From Verrucomicrobiota bacterium (GTDB lineage Bacteria; Verrucomicrobiota; Verrucomicrobiia; Chthoniobacterales; SZAS-18), in contig JAFEGM010000070.1 in assembly GCA_018240025.1 (NCBI GenBank), positions 1 through 24,000 on the forward strand: a stretch of 24,000 nt of DNA, written 5' to 3'. The translations under genes and the position numbers were made by a program. Within the stretch, counting starts at the first letter, position 1. Each line of letters begins with the position of its first letter. A model generated the notes under the pieces. That model searched no databases and was not told where the DNA came from. It saw only the letters and a program-made list of their open reading frames with translations. Positions 14,586 through 23,404 of the stretch are shown here, piece after piece.

Positions 14586-14951
14586 ATGCGTCGTTGGCTG
14601 CCGTTCTCGCTCTATCTCGCCTTCATCGTGGCCGTCATCGTTGGCGCGGATCTCGGGCGCATCGGGTTCCTCGTGCGTTGGGTGCACCAGATCCCTTACT
14701 TCGACAAGATCCTCCACGCCTTCTTCATTGGCCTGCTCGCCCTCCTCTTGAACATCGCCCTGCGCTGGCGGCGCGTGCGCCTCGCCGGTCTGGCGCTCCT
14801 GGTGGGCAGCCTCGTGGTGGGGATCTGCACCACGCTGGAAGAGTGCTCCCAGATTTGGATCCCGGGCCGGACCTTCGACTGGGGCGACCTCGCGGCGAAC
14901 TGGACGGGGGTGCTGCTGGCGAGCGTGAGGAAGAAGAAGGAAGAAGGATGA
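14586..14951 (+). CDS. VanZ-like family small membrane protein
   Basis: Lies in the frame of ORF 14559..14951. I prefer ATG 14586 (MRRWLPFSLYLAF). Four hydrophobic helices are present. The VanZ-type motifs are FDKILHAFFIG and EECSQIWIPGRTFDWGDLAANWTG. The family assignment is from motif memory only. Confidence 0.6.
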   Translation: MRRWLPFSLYLAFIVAVIVGADLGRIGFLVRWVHQIPYFDKILHAFFIGLLALLLNIALRWRRVRLAGLALLVGSLVVGICTTLEECSQIWIPGRTFDWGDLAANWTGVLLASVRKKKEEG

Positions 14952-14959
14952 AGGATGAA

Positions 14960-14985
14960 GCGGGGTGTTTCGGTCTGAAACCCGC
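14960..14985. terminator. Candidate bidirectional hairpin between convergent VanZ-like (+) and ADH (-) genes
   Basis: GCGGG-GTG-TTTC (14960-14971) pairs with GAAACCCGC (14977-14985), with a 3-nt bulge and a 5-nt loop. It is flanked by pyrimidine-rich runs on both transcribed strands, but neither side has a clean U-tract. Confidence 0.4.
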
Positions 14986-15057
14986 CCTCCGTCTGTCTTC
15001 TTGGAGTTCCTTGAGTTCTCTGAGGCCAAGAAGCCCGGCGCAGCCCTTCGACCCGCG

Positions 15058-16116
15058 TCAGTTGCCGCGCAGCGACTGCAGATCGATCACGAAGCGGTAC
15101 TTCACATCCTGCTTGAGCAGGCGGTCCCAGGCTTCGTTGATCTGCTCCATCGAGATGATCTCGATTTCCGAGGTCACGCCGTGCGCGGCGCAGAAGTCGA
15201 GCATTTCCTGGGTCTCGGCGATCCCGCCGATGGCCGAACCCGCGAAGTTGCGGCGCGGGAGGAGAAGATTGAAGGCCGCGACGGGAAGCGGATGCTCGGG
15301 CGCTCCCACCAACGTGAGCGTGCCATCCAGTTTGAGCAGGCTGAGGTAGGCGTTGATGTCGTGGTCCGCCGAAACGCAGTCGAGGATGAAGTCGAAGGAA
15401 CTCGCGTGCTTCCTCATTTCGTCCGCGTTTTTCGAAACGACCACCTCGTGCGCTCCAAGGCGAAGAGCATCGGCCGTCTTGCCGGGCGAGGTGGTGAAAA
15501 GCACGACGTGAGCGCCGAAGGCGCGGGCGAACTTCACGCCCATGTGGCCCAGTCCGCCGAGGCCCACGATGCCGACTTTCTGCCCGGGGCCGACTTTCCA
15601 ATGGCGCAGCGGCGAGTAGGTCGTGATGCCTGCGCAGAGCAGCGGGGCGGCGGCGGCCAGATCGAGTCCCGCCGGCACGCGCAGGACGAACGATTCGTCG
15701 ACCACCACGCTGGTCGAGTAGCCGCCGAACGTGTGCCCGCCGGTGTGTTTGTCGGGGCTGTTGTAGGTAAAGGTGGGAAAGGCCGTACAGTATTGCTCCT
15801 GTCCGGCCTGGCAGTTCACGCAGCTGCGGCAGGAATCGACCATGCAGCCGACGGCCGCGTGGTCGCCGGCCTTGAATTTTCCGACCTGTGCGCCGACGCG
15901 GCTGACGCGGCCGACGATTTCGTGACCCGGCACGCAGGGGTAAACCGTGTTGTGCCATTCGTTGCGCGCCTGGTGAAGATCGGAATGGCAGACGCCGCAG
16001 AAGAGGATTTCGAGCTCGACATCGGTCGGACCCGGCTCGCGGCGGGCGATGGTCAGCGGAGCGAGGGCAGAGGACGCGCTGCGCGCGCCGAACGAGCGGA
16101 TGGAGGAGGTGGCCAT
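15058..16116 (-). CDS. Zinc-dependent, NAD(P)-dependent alcohol dehydrogenase (YahK/cinnamyl-alcohol-dehydrogenase-like)
   Basis: 352 aa. The catalytic Zn motifs are GVCHSDLH and GHEIVGRV. The structural Zn Cys cluster is CRSCVNCQAGQEQYC. The Rossmann motif is GIVGLGGLGHMGVKFA. ATG start at 16114-16116. Confidence 0.9.
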   Translation of the reverse strand: MATSSIRSFGARSASSALAPLTIARREPGPTDVELEILFCGVCHSDLHQARNEWHNTVYPCVPGHEIVGRVSRVGAQVGKFKAGDHAAVGCMVDSCRSCVNCQAGQEQYCTAFPTFTYNSPDKHTGGHTFGGYSTSVVVDESFVLRVPAGLDLAAAAPLLCAGITTYSPLRHWKVGPGQKVGIVGLGGLGHMGVKFARAFGAHVVLFTTSPGKTADALRLGAHEVVVSKNADEMRKHASSFDFILDCVSADHDINAYLSLLKLDGTLTLVGAPEHPLPVAAFNLLLPRRNFAGSAIGGIAETQEMLDFCAAHGVTSEIEIISMEQINEAWDRLLKQDVKYRFVIDLQSLRGN

Positions 16117-16189
16117 GTTGCATTCTAACCGAATCCGCCGGCCACCGGACCGCGGCGCGTGTCACCGCGCCGGGCCGCGCCCCGGGGAG

Positions 16190-19100
16190 TCATTGCGGTC
16201 CGACCGTAAAGCTGCCGACCTCGACGACTTCGGCCTTGTCCTTGAGACGGCGCGTGACTGCTTCCGTCTTCCCGTTGGGTCGGCCGAAGGCAGTCTGGAA
16301 TTCGACTTGGACGGTGGTGGCGCCGGCGAGCTTCTGCTGGCGGTTGCCGTAGTAGTTGGCCCGCACCACGTAGGTGCCGGGCAGCGGACGCCGGATGGTG
16401 AAGACCTCGGGGCCGTAGCCTTGCGTGAAGTCGCGCGAGATGTGTCCGCCGGTCGCGCCGCGATTGGTGCTGTAGTTGACGGTCTCGCCGGCGGGATCGG
16501 TCACCCAGAGGTCGATGTCGGTCAGGTCCGCGTCCCACGTGAGCACGACGCGCAGGCCGACGGGTACGCCGCCCAGGCAGCGGGGATCGATGCCGAGCTT
16601 GGTGGGATCAGGCCGCTGCGCGGCGGGCGCGGCGTCGAGCAGCGCATTCAGCTCGTGCAGGACGATTACCCCGATCTCCGGAAAGCGACCGTCCCAGCGC
16701 CGTGCGGCCACTTCCCAAAGGAGACGCGCAGCTCGCTCCAGATCGGGCTGCGGCCGGCGCGCCAGACAGAGCGCGAGATCGCGCCGGCTCTGCGGCTCCT
16801 CGCCGCGGATTTCGAGCACGCGCTCGAAGAGCGGGACGGCGAGTTCGTAACGACCGAGCTGTTGCAGGCGGTAGGCGAGAATGCGCAGCAGCGGCGCGGC
16901 TTCGAGTTCCAGTTCGGCCAGATTCGAGAGGATGCGGAGCGCGAGGCGCTCGTCCTTCTTCTCGTCGCGGAAGAAATCGGCGCAATCGAGGAAGAAGGCC
17001 GAACTGCTGGCGTTGGCCGAGCGCTCGGACAAATAGGCGCTGTAGGCATCGGAGGCGCTGCGCAGGCGGGCCAGATAGGGGGTGTCGGGATTCCAGGCCT
17101 TGAGGGTGATCGAGGTCGCCAACGGCTGTTCGGCGGACGCCTCCTCGGCCTTTCGCTTCGCCTGCGCCGGGGCCGAACGGGACCGTTCGCCGTCCGCTTT
17201 GAGCGCCTCGGTGGCCAGCTCCCGCCGGGGCGCGTCGAGTTGCAGCGCCAGGCTCGCGGCCGGCCGGGGCGGGGGAGCGGCGGCATACAGCCGGGCGTCG
17301 GCCGGGCCGGCGGCGCTCCCATTGCGTGCTCCGGCGGCGGTCGGCTTGGCTGCGACTGCGGCGCCGCGCTTCTTCCGCAGGACATCGAGCGCCAGCATGA
17401 TTTGAATCGCCTCGCGCTCCGCGCCGGGCGTCTTGTCGCGCAGGGCCGTGAGAGCCTTCCCCGCGCGCTGTTGCAGGGTCTGCGCTTCCTCGACCAGTTG
17501 CCGGTCGTGCGTGGAGTCCGGGGCGAGAATGCCGGCTTCGGTCGCGGCGGTCCGCTGGAGGACGGCCTCGAGCCACGGGTGATCCTTCGCATGCCACGCC
17601 TGGAATTGCTTCCACTGGGCGACCAGCGAATCGAGATGCGCGGCGTCGACCTGCTGCGGATCGACCTTCGGTTCGTTGGCCAGCAGCGTGAAGTAGCGGT
17701 CCTGCAACTCGGGTTCGGGGGGCGGGATGCGATGCCGGACGTAGTCCTCCAGCCGCTCCAGCACGAGGAGCGAGTTGAAGCGCGTAACCAGACCATGCGC
17801 CTTGCCGAGCTCGGCGATGGCGGCCTCCTCGCGCTTGGCGTCGAGTTCGAGCTCCGCGATGCGCTTCTGCGCCCAGACGCGGCGGACGAACGCGCCTTCG
17901 TCGGTGGGCAGCGCTCCGGCAGGATCGATTTTCACGCGCTGCTTCGACAGCACCCGACCGGCCTGGCCGAAGCTCAGCTCGACCTCGCAAGGTCCATCGA
18001 AGCGTCCGGCGAGCGTGAAGCCGCGGGAGATCGGTGTCGGCAGCGTCGGGGTCAGTTCCGTCGCGCGTCCGGACACCACCTCGGCGCCCAGAAAGGCGAA
18101 GGGCGCCGTGCGCAGCGCCGCCAGCGCGTCCTCGGTTGAAAGCGTGAGCAGATCGAGGCTGCGCCCGCCCTGACTCCGGGCCAGGCGGTCCAGCACCGCA
18201 CGGTCCACCTGTTGAGCAGCGTGGAGCGCGAAGAGCGGCACCGCGCGACCGAGGCGCGGCGTGGCGGGGCCGAAGTTCGAGAAGCCGTCGCTGACGAGCA
18301 CGACGAAGTCCGCTGCGGGCGCAGCCGCCAGATCGATGGCGCCGAGCGAGGTCCCGCCATCCAGCGGCAGAGCCTCCAGCGCGGCCAGCAGCGCGCGGCT
18401 GTCGCCGCCCTTGATCTCGAAGCTGACCGGCGCGTCGGCGTCGTTGCGGAAGGCGATGAGATCGACCGTCACATTCCCCAGCGCCTGCAGCCAGCGGCGC
18501 AGCACGTCGTGCTCGCGTGCCCGCTCCCGCTGGGCCGCGCTGCCGGAAGCATCGTAGAAGAGGGCCACGCGGCGCGGCTGCAGTGCCGGGAGATCGGTGG
18601 GCACGGTGGGCTCCACGCGGAGGGTGAAGTAGCCCCGCTCCGCCGCGCGCGGCTCGCGGACCGCAAAGGAGTTGGGAGCCCCCGGAATCTGCGGAACCGT
18701 GAAGGCGAGCGGTCGCGCCGGCTCATAGTCGGTGCGGGTCAGCTCGGCCACGAAGCCGTCCTGCCAGCGCTCGAAGGTGAGCGCTTCGCCGCCCGCCCCG
18801 CGCTCGACCACGGGGACACTCTGCTGGCGAAAGACTTCGGCACGGGCGTGGAATTTGCCGACCTTGGTAGGCCAGCCCAGCGGCAGCAGGTAGCGGAAGC
18901 CTTGCGCGTCGGCCGAGAGTTCCTGTTCGAAGGAGAGCGCGACGCGCTTGGTCCCGCGGGCGGGGATCGGATAGATGCGGGCCCGGAAGACGTTGCCGGC
19001 GGTGAGTTCAGCGAGTCCGGGATCGATCCCGCGGCGCACGATTTCCTCGAAAACGACCCGCGCCTTCTCCTTCGGCACGGAGACCGCCTGTCGCATCCGC

Positions 19101-19387
19101 CCTTCCACCTCCAGCGCGTAGCCGGAGACCGTCTGGCCTTCGCCGAGCGGGAAGACCAGCTCGCCCTCGAGCACGCGGGCGTTGGGATTGAAGAAGGTCA
19201 GCTCGATGGTGGTGGCGGCGAGGTGGCCGCGCACTTGGACCCGGACATCGGCCACCGTCAGCTGGATGGGAGCGAGGTCTTTCTCCGGGGCGATCCAGAG
19301 CGTGGGTGGGCGGGCCGCGGAGCGGGACTGAGCCGATACGGTGGCGATTCCGACCGCCGCGAGGGCGGCAAACAGGCGCATGGTCAT
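16190..19387 (-). CDS. Large secreted VIT-like / von Willebrand A / TPR-like / DUF2135-like multidomain protein
   Basis: Lies in the frame of ORF 16190..19432. The likely start is M16 (19387) or M18 (19381), giving the signal peptide MTMRLFAALAAVGIATVSAQS. The N-terminal VIT-like segment is VRGHLAATTIELTFFNPNARVLEGELVFPL...FRARIYPIPARGTKRV. The VWA domain has a full MIDAS (DASGS ... GGTSLG ... LVSDGFSN). An Ala/Pro-rich linker and a TPR-like helical region follow. The C-terminal segment LTWDADLTDIDLWVTDPAGE...YGPEVFTIRRPLPGTYVVRANYYG resembles DUF2135/YfaP. Confidence 0.8.
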   Translation of the reverse strand: MTMRLFAALAAVGIATVSAQSRSAARPPTLWIAPEKDLAPIQLTVADVRVQVRGHLAATTIELTFFNPNARVLEGELVFPLGEGQTVSGYALEVEGRMRQAVSVPKEKARVVFEEIVRRGIDPGLAELTAGNVFRARIYPIPARGTKRVALSFEQELSADAQGFRYLLPLGWPTKVGKFHARAEVFRQQSVPVVERGAGGEALTFERWQDGFVAELTRTDYEPARPLAFTVPQIPGAPNSFAVREPRAAERGYFTLRVEPTVPTDLPALQPRRVALFYDASGSAAQRERAREHDVLRRWLQALGNVTVDLIAFRNDADAPVSFEIKGGDSRALLAALEALPLDGGTSLGAIDLAAAPAADFVVLVSDGFSNFGPATPRLGRAVPLFALHAAQQVDRAVLDRLARSQGGRSLDLLTLSTEDALAALRTAPFAFLGAEVVSGRATELTPTLPTPISRGFTLAGRFDGPCEVELSFGQAGRVLSKQRVKIDPAGALPTDEGAFVRRVWAQKRIAELELDAKREEAAIAELGKAHGLVTRFNSLLVLERLEDYVRHRIPPPEPELQDRYFTLLANEPKVDPQQVDAAHLDSLVAQWKQFQAWHAKDHPWLEAVLQRTAATEAGILAPDSTHDRQLVEEAQTLQQRAGKALTALRDKTPGAEREAIQIMLALDVLRKKRGAAVAAKPTAAGARNGSAAGPADARLYAAAPPPRPAASLALQLDAPRRELATEALKADGERSRSAPAQAKRKAEEASAEQPLATSITLKAWNPDTPYLARLRSASDAYSAYLSERSANASSSAFFLDCADFFRDEKKDERLALRILSNLAELELEAAPLLRILAYRLQQLGRYELAVPLFERVLEIRGEEPQSRRDLALCLARRPQPDLERAARLLWEVAARRWDGRFPEIGVIVLHELNALLDAAPAAQRPDPTKLGIDPRCLGGVPVGLRVVLTWDADLTDIDLWVTDPAGETVNYSTNRGATGGHISRDFTQGYGPEVFTIRRPLPGTYVVRANYYGNRQQKLAGATTVQVEFQTAFGRPNGKTEAVTRRLKDKAEVVEVGSFTVGPQ

Positions 19388-19528
19388 GCCCCGTTCGTCG
19401 GGCCCGGGCGCGAATTGCTCCCGAAATCGCATTTTCCGTCACGCTCGAGGGCCGATTGCGTGAAGGAAGATAAGGACCCTCCGCACGACCTGCGCGGCCG
19501 CGCGGCGTCCCCAAAGGTGGGATTGAAG

Positions 19529-19562
19529 TCGGGGCGCCGGTTCGGCTTGGGGCCGGCGCCCC
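19529..19562 (-). terminator. Candidate stem-loop downstream of the TonB-dependent receptor gene
   Basis: An 11-bp GC stem, CGGGGCGCCGG (19529-19539) / CCGGCGCCCCG (19552-19562), with a 12-nt loop. It begins 8 nt after the receptor stop (19570-19572) on the minus strand. The U-tract is poor (CUUCAAUCCCACCUUUGG). Confidence 0.4.
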
Positions 19563-19569
19563 GCGATCG

Positions 19570-21630
19570 TCAGTACCGGCGGGAGACCGTGAAACGGAAT
19601 GTGCGCGGCTCGGCCGGGTGGCGGTGAACGTCGTCGATCCCGCCGGCCGGCTCGCCCGGCAGCCGCGAGGTGTAGAAGTACGCGATGTCGTCGTTGCGTC
19701 GGTCGAGCAGGTTGAGGCAATCGACCGCTGCCTCCCAGTTGCGCCAGCGGTAGCCGAGGCGGGCGTTGAGCGTGATCGAACTGCGCTGCTTGAACGCATT
19801 GTCCTCAGTGATGGGCGCGGGTCCGAAGTAGCGGGCCCGGAGCGTGCCGTAGAGGCCGCGCTGGCCGGTCGGTTCGAGCGTCACGCCAGCGGCGACGACC
19901 GTGGCGATGGAGCCGGGGATGCGATTGCCCGGCAGGCCGGTCGTGTCGCTGAAGCGGGCCCGCGTGTAGGCGAAATCGGCGTCGAGCGTGATCCAGGGCG
20001 CGGGCTTGTAGAAGTTGGTCCACTCGAAGCCCCAGCGGCGCGTGGCATTGGACGGCTCCGTGTTGCCGGCATCGCCGACGAAGAGCAGCTCGGAGTCGAG
20101 CGCGAGGTAATAGGCCGAGAACGTGCTCACGAGGCCCGGCAGGAACGACGTGCGGACCCCGGCCTCGAAGCTGTGCGAGCGCACCAGCGGCGTGACCCGC
20201 TCAGCCGCGCTGCCGTCGGTCGGATTCACCCGGATGGTCGTGCCGCGCGCGTCGTTGCTGTGGAAGCCAGTGCCCGCATTGAGGTAGAACTCCGTCTGAC
20301 GCCAGGGCCCGAAAACGAGGCTGAGCTTGGGGCTGGCGATGAACGCCGCGCGCGTGCCGGAGTTGGCCGCGAGATCGCTGGCGACGTTGAAGTAGTAGGC
20401 GTCGCCGCGCAGTCCGAAGACCGAGCGGAACCAGGGAGTCCAGCGGATCTCGCTGCGTAGGAAGACCCCCGCGCTGAGCTCGTGCACGCGGTCCTCGCGC
20501 ACCGTTTGCAGCTGGTTGCGGGCCTGGGTCCGGTAGAGCGCGACTTTGGGAATGTAGTCGTAGCGCACCTGCAGTCCGAGCGTCTGGCTGCCCGGGCGGC
20601 CGAACCAGCGGTCCTCCGAGGTCCGGGTGAGCGCGAGGCCGCTGACCACGCGCCGATCGGCTTGATGGAACTGATCCCCGCGCTCGGGGTCGTCGAGGAA
20701 GTAGGTGAAGTTCGAGAACAGATCGAGCCGGTAGTGGAAGCTGTAGGCATTGAACCGCCAGACCGCGCCGCCGGGCTCGGTCCGGGTCCAGTCGAAGCTG
20801 ACGCTGGCGCGCGAGGAGGCGCCACCGTCGGTCGGGTCGATCACCCCGAGTCGCGGAATGAGGCCGCTCTCGATGGCGCGGCTGGGTACCTGATCGGGCG
20901 AGCGGAAGCTGCCGCGATAGCCCATCAGCGTGAGCATGAAATGATCGCGCTGATCGCCCCAATGATAGCGGAGGAACAAATTGTAGCGTTTGGAAGACTG
21001 CGCGAGCGTGAACGGACCGTCGTAGTAACCCGCTTCGAAGGCCGCGGTCAGGCGTCCATCCCGACCAGGACCGGCGCGCCAGGAGTCGGCCAGCAGAAGG
21101 CGGAAGAAGCGATCCTGCCCGACGGTCACGCTGGCCAGGCCGCGTGGGAGATCGGTCACGAGGCGGAAATGCGCCGAACCGGCGGCGGAGAAGTCGCCCG
21201 CCTCGGCCAGGAACGGCCCTTTGCCGAAGTCGACCCGCTGGACGAGTTCGGGGATGAGGAAGTTGAGGTCCGAGTAGCCCTGGCCGTGCCCGTGCGTGCG
21301 AAGGTTGACCGGAAGGCCGTCGACCGAGGTGGCGAAGTCGGTGCCGTGATCGAGATTGAACCCGCGCAGGAAATACTGGTTCGCCTTCCCGTCGCCGCTG
21401 TGCTGCGTGATGATGACCCCGGGCACCGCCTCCAGCAGTTCGCCGCGGCGCAGGAGCGGGCGGCGCGCCAGATCGGTGGCGCCGACCGAGCCCTGGGAGG
21501 AGGTTTCGGCGATTTCCAGCTGATCGAGCGCCCGGCCCTCCACCAGCACGCCGAGCGCGGGCGGGTCGGCGTGAAGCGGCGCAGGGGCGAGGAAGAGCGA
21601 GGCGAGAAGGACGAGCGGTCGGGACAGCAT
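19570..21630 (-). CDS. TonB-dependent outer-membrane receptor
   Basis: 686 aa. The signal peptide is MLSRPLVLLASLFLAPAPLHA. Plug-domain motifs are present (LLEAVPGVIITQHSGDGKANQYFLRGFNLDHGTDFATSVDGLPVN). A long beta-barrel region with alternating aromatic/polar pattern follows. The C-terminus is FRFTVSRRY, with an aromatic terminal residue. Confidence 0.85.
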   Translation of the reverse strand: MLSRPLVLLASLFLAPAPLHADPPALGVLVEGRALDQLEIAETSSQGSVGATDLARRPLLRRGELLEAVPGVIITQHSGDGKANQYFLRGFNLDHGTDFATSVDGLPVNLRTHGHGQGYSDLNFLIPELVQRVDFGKGPFLAEAGDFSAAGSAHFRLVTDLPRGLASVTVGQDRFFRLLLADSWRAGPGRDGRLTAAFEAGYYDGPFTLAQSSKRYNLFLRYHWGDQRDHFMLTLMGYRGSFRSPDQVPSRAIESGLIPRLGVIDPTDGGASSRASVSFDWTRTEPGGAVWRFNAYSFHYRLDLFSNFTYFLDDPERGDQFHQADRRVVSGLALTRTSEDRWFGRPGSQTLGLQVRYDYIPKVALYRTQARNQLQTVREDRVHELSAGVFLRSEIRWTPWFRSVFGLRGDAYYFNVASDLAANSGTRAAFIASPKLSLVFGPWRQTEFYLNAGTGFHSNDARGTTIRVNPTDGSAAERVTPLVRSHSFEAGVRTSFLPGLVSTFSAYYLALDSELLFVGDAGNTEPSNATRRWGFEWTNFYKPAPWITLDADFAYTRARFSDTTGLPGNRIPGSIATVVAAGVTLEPTGQRGLYGTLRARYFGPAPITEDNAFKQRSSITLNARLGYRWRNWEAAVDCLNLLDRRNDDIAYFYTSRLPGEPAGGIDDVHRHPAEPRTFRFTVSRRY

Positions 21631-21700
21631 GAGGAGCAGGCAGGCGGAGATTTTCGCGCTGAGGGAGATTTCGGATGCGTAAATCGGAGCAGCCAGTGGC

Positions 21701-22663
21701 TCAACGATAGACCAGCAGCCACATCAGCAGCGCATTGCCGAGGAAGATGGTGAGCGCGTACGGCAGCTGCGCTTTGATGACCGCGTGCCGGTCCTCCAGC
21801 TCGAGCAGGATGGCGGGGACCAGATTGAAGTTTGCGGCCATGGGCGTGCAGAGCGTACCGCAGTAGCCGGCCAGCATGCCGAGCGCGGCCATGATGGCGG
21901 GATTGCCGCCGTGCTGCTGCACGATGAAGGGCAGGCCGATCCCGCCGGTGATGACGGCGAAGGCGGCGAAGGCGTTGCCCATGGCCATCGTGAAGAGCGC
22001 CATGGCGAGGCAGTAGGCCAGCACCGCGACGAAGGGGAGATGCGTGGGCAGATACTGCGCGGCCAGCCCGGAGACGACCTCGCCCACGCCCGCTTTGGCA
22101 AAGATGCCGCCGAGTGCGGCCAGCAATTGCGGGAGGATGAGCGCCCAGCCGACGCTCTGCAGGAGTCGTCCGCCCTCTGCGCCGGGCTCGGCGGCGCGCG
22201 CGCCGGTAAGCCGGATGGCGGCAGCGAGCGCGCCGAGCGAAGCCAGGCCGAGCCCGACCAGCGTCGCTTCCTTCACGGTCGCCAGCGGCAGGCCAGCCAG
22301 ATGGATGCGGTCGAGCGTGAAGGCAAAGACGACGACCAGCAGCGGCAACAGCGCCGCGGGCAGAAAGATGCGATTTCCGAGACGGGCCGCGGAGGCTTCG
22401 CGTTCGGGCTTCGGGCGCTCCGGGGCCGTGGATTTGCCCACCCGGCCGAACGCGGCCAGTGCGACCATCGCGACGAGGCAGTAGCCGATCACGGCCGGTG
22501 GCACGACCTTCCCGAGCAGGAAGGTCGCGGCAAAGAGCAGCCAGAACAGCGCGGAGGTCCAGCGGGTGGGATGCGCGGCGTCGCGCGCCACGCTCCCGGC
22601 CACGCCGAGCAGCACGAGGCCCGCCACGACGTAGAGCGCTTCGAGCGGAATCCAGGCATTCAT
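21701..22663 (-). CDS. DUF979-family membrane protein (putative 5-oxoproline transporter subunit)
   Basis: Lies in the frame of ORF 21701..22774. The start is placed at ATG 22661-22663 (MNAWIPLEALYVVAGLVLLG), which overlaps the upstream gene's stop (ATGA). 320 aa and polytopic. Its pairing with a DUF969-like gene is the characteristic arrangement. The family call is from memory of these families, not a search. Confidence 0.65.
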   Translation of the reverse strand: MNAWIPLEALYVVAGLVLLGVAGSVARDAAHPTRWTSALFWLLFAATFLLGKVVPPAVIGYCLVAMVALAAFGRVGKSTAPERPKPEREASAARLGNRIFLPAALLPLLVVVFAFTLDRIHLAGLPLATVKEATLVGLGLASLGALAAAIRLTGARAAEPGAEGGRLLQSVGWALILPQLLAALGGIFAKAGVGEVVSGLAAQYLPTHLPFVAVLAYCLAMALFTMAMGNAFAAFAVITGGIGLPFIVQQHGGNPAIMAALGMLAGYCGTLCTPMAANFNLVPAILLELEDRHAVIKAQLPYALTIFLGNALLMWLLVYR

Positions 22664-23349
22664 CGCGCCACCTCCGTCGTCTGCGGCCCACGCAGCGCCA
22701 GCAGCCGCCGATCCAGCGCGCGGCAACGCCACCAGCCCACGGCCATGGCCAGGAGCGCGGTTGGCAGGCCCCAAAGCGCCATGTCCCAGACGCTGACGTC
22801 CAGGCCCACGCTGTCGAAGAAGCCCTTCATCAGGAGAATCGCACCGACGCCAATGAAGACATCCTCAGCGAAGAAGTTGCCCACATTCTCGGCCGCGGCC
22901 GCCTGCGCCCGGATGGCCGCCGTCTGGGTCGGATTCAACGCGCCGTGCTCGGTGGCGGCCGCGCCCTCGGCCATGGGCGCGACCAGCGGACGAACCATCT
23001 GGGCGTGACCGCCGATGGGAATGCCCAGCGCAATGGTCACCTCGCGCACCGCCTGGTAGAGGAGAATGACGCGTCCCGCCGTGGCGCGGGCCTGCCGGCG
23101 AATGAGGAATTCCGCCCGCTCGCGCAGGCCGTAGCGTTCGAGCAGCCCGACCACCGGCAACGCCAGCACGATGGCCAGCGACATGTAGCGGTTTTGGACG
23201 AAGTATTCGCCGAAATACGTGATGGTTTGGTGGAGCGAAAGCCCGCTGACCAGACCGGTCGCCAGCCCGGCTACGAGCACCACGAGGAGAGTGTTGAGAC
23301 GGAGCGCGAAGCCTGCGGCGACGAGGGCAATGCCGATCAGTTTGAGCAT
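22660..23349 (-). CDS. DUF969-family membrane protein (putative 5-oxoproline transporter subunit)
   Basis: 229 aa. The N-terminus MLKLIGIALVAAGFALRLNTLLVVLVAGLATGLVSG is typical of DUF969 as I recall it. It is translationally coupled to the downstream DUF979-like gene. Confidence 0.65.
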   Translation of the reverse strand: MLKLIGIALVAAGFALRLNTLLVVLVAGLATGLVSGLSLHQTITYFGEYFVQNRYMSLAIVLALPVVGLLERYGLRERAEFLIRRQARATAGRVILLYQAVREVTIALGIPIGGHAQMVRPLVAPMAEGAAATEHGALNPTQTAAIRAQAAAAENVGNFFAEDVFIGVGAILLMKGFFDSVGLDVSVWDMALWGLPTALLAMAVGWWRCRALDRRLLALRGPQTTEVAR

Positions 23350-23404
23350 CCGCGGGTTCTAGCGCGGCGCAGGTCGGCGAGGGAAGCGGAACCGCCGCGG
23401 CTGC

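Noticed and set aside
16154-16171. GC hairpin GGCGCG-TGTCAC-CGCGCC between the VIT-VWA gene stop and the ADH start, as a terminator.
   Set aside because: The stem is only 6 bp and there is no U-tract on the minus-strand transcript. It is indistinguishable from chance palindromes in GC-rich DNA.
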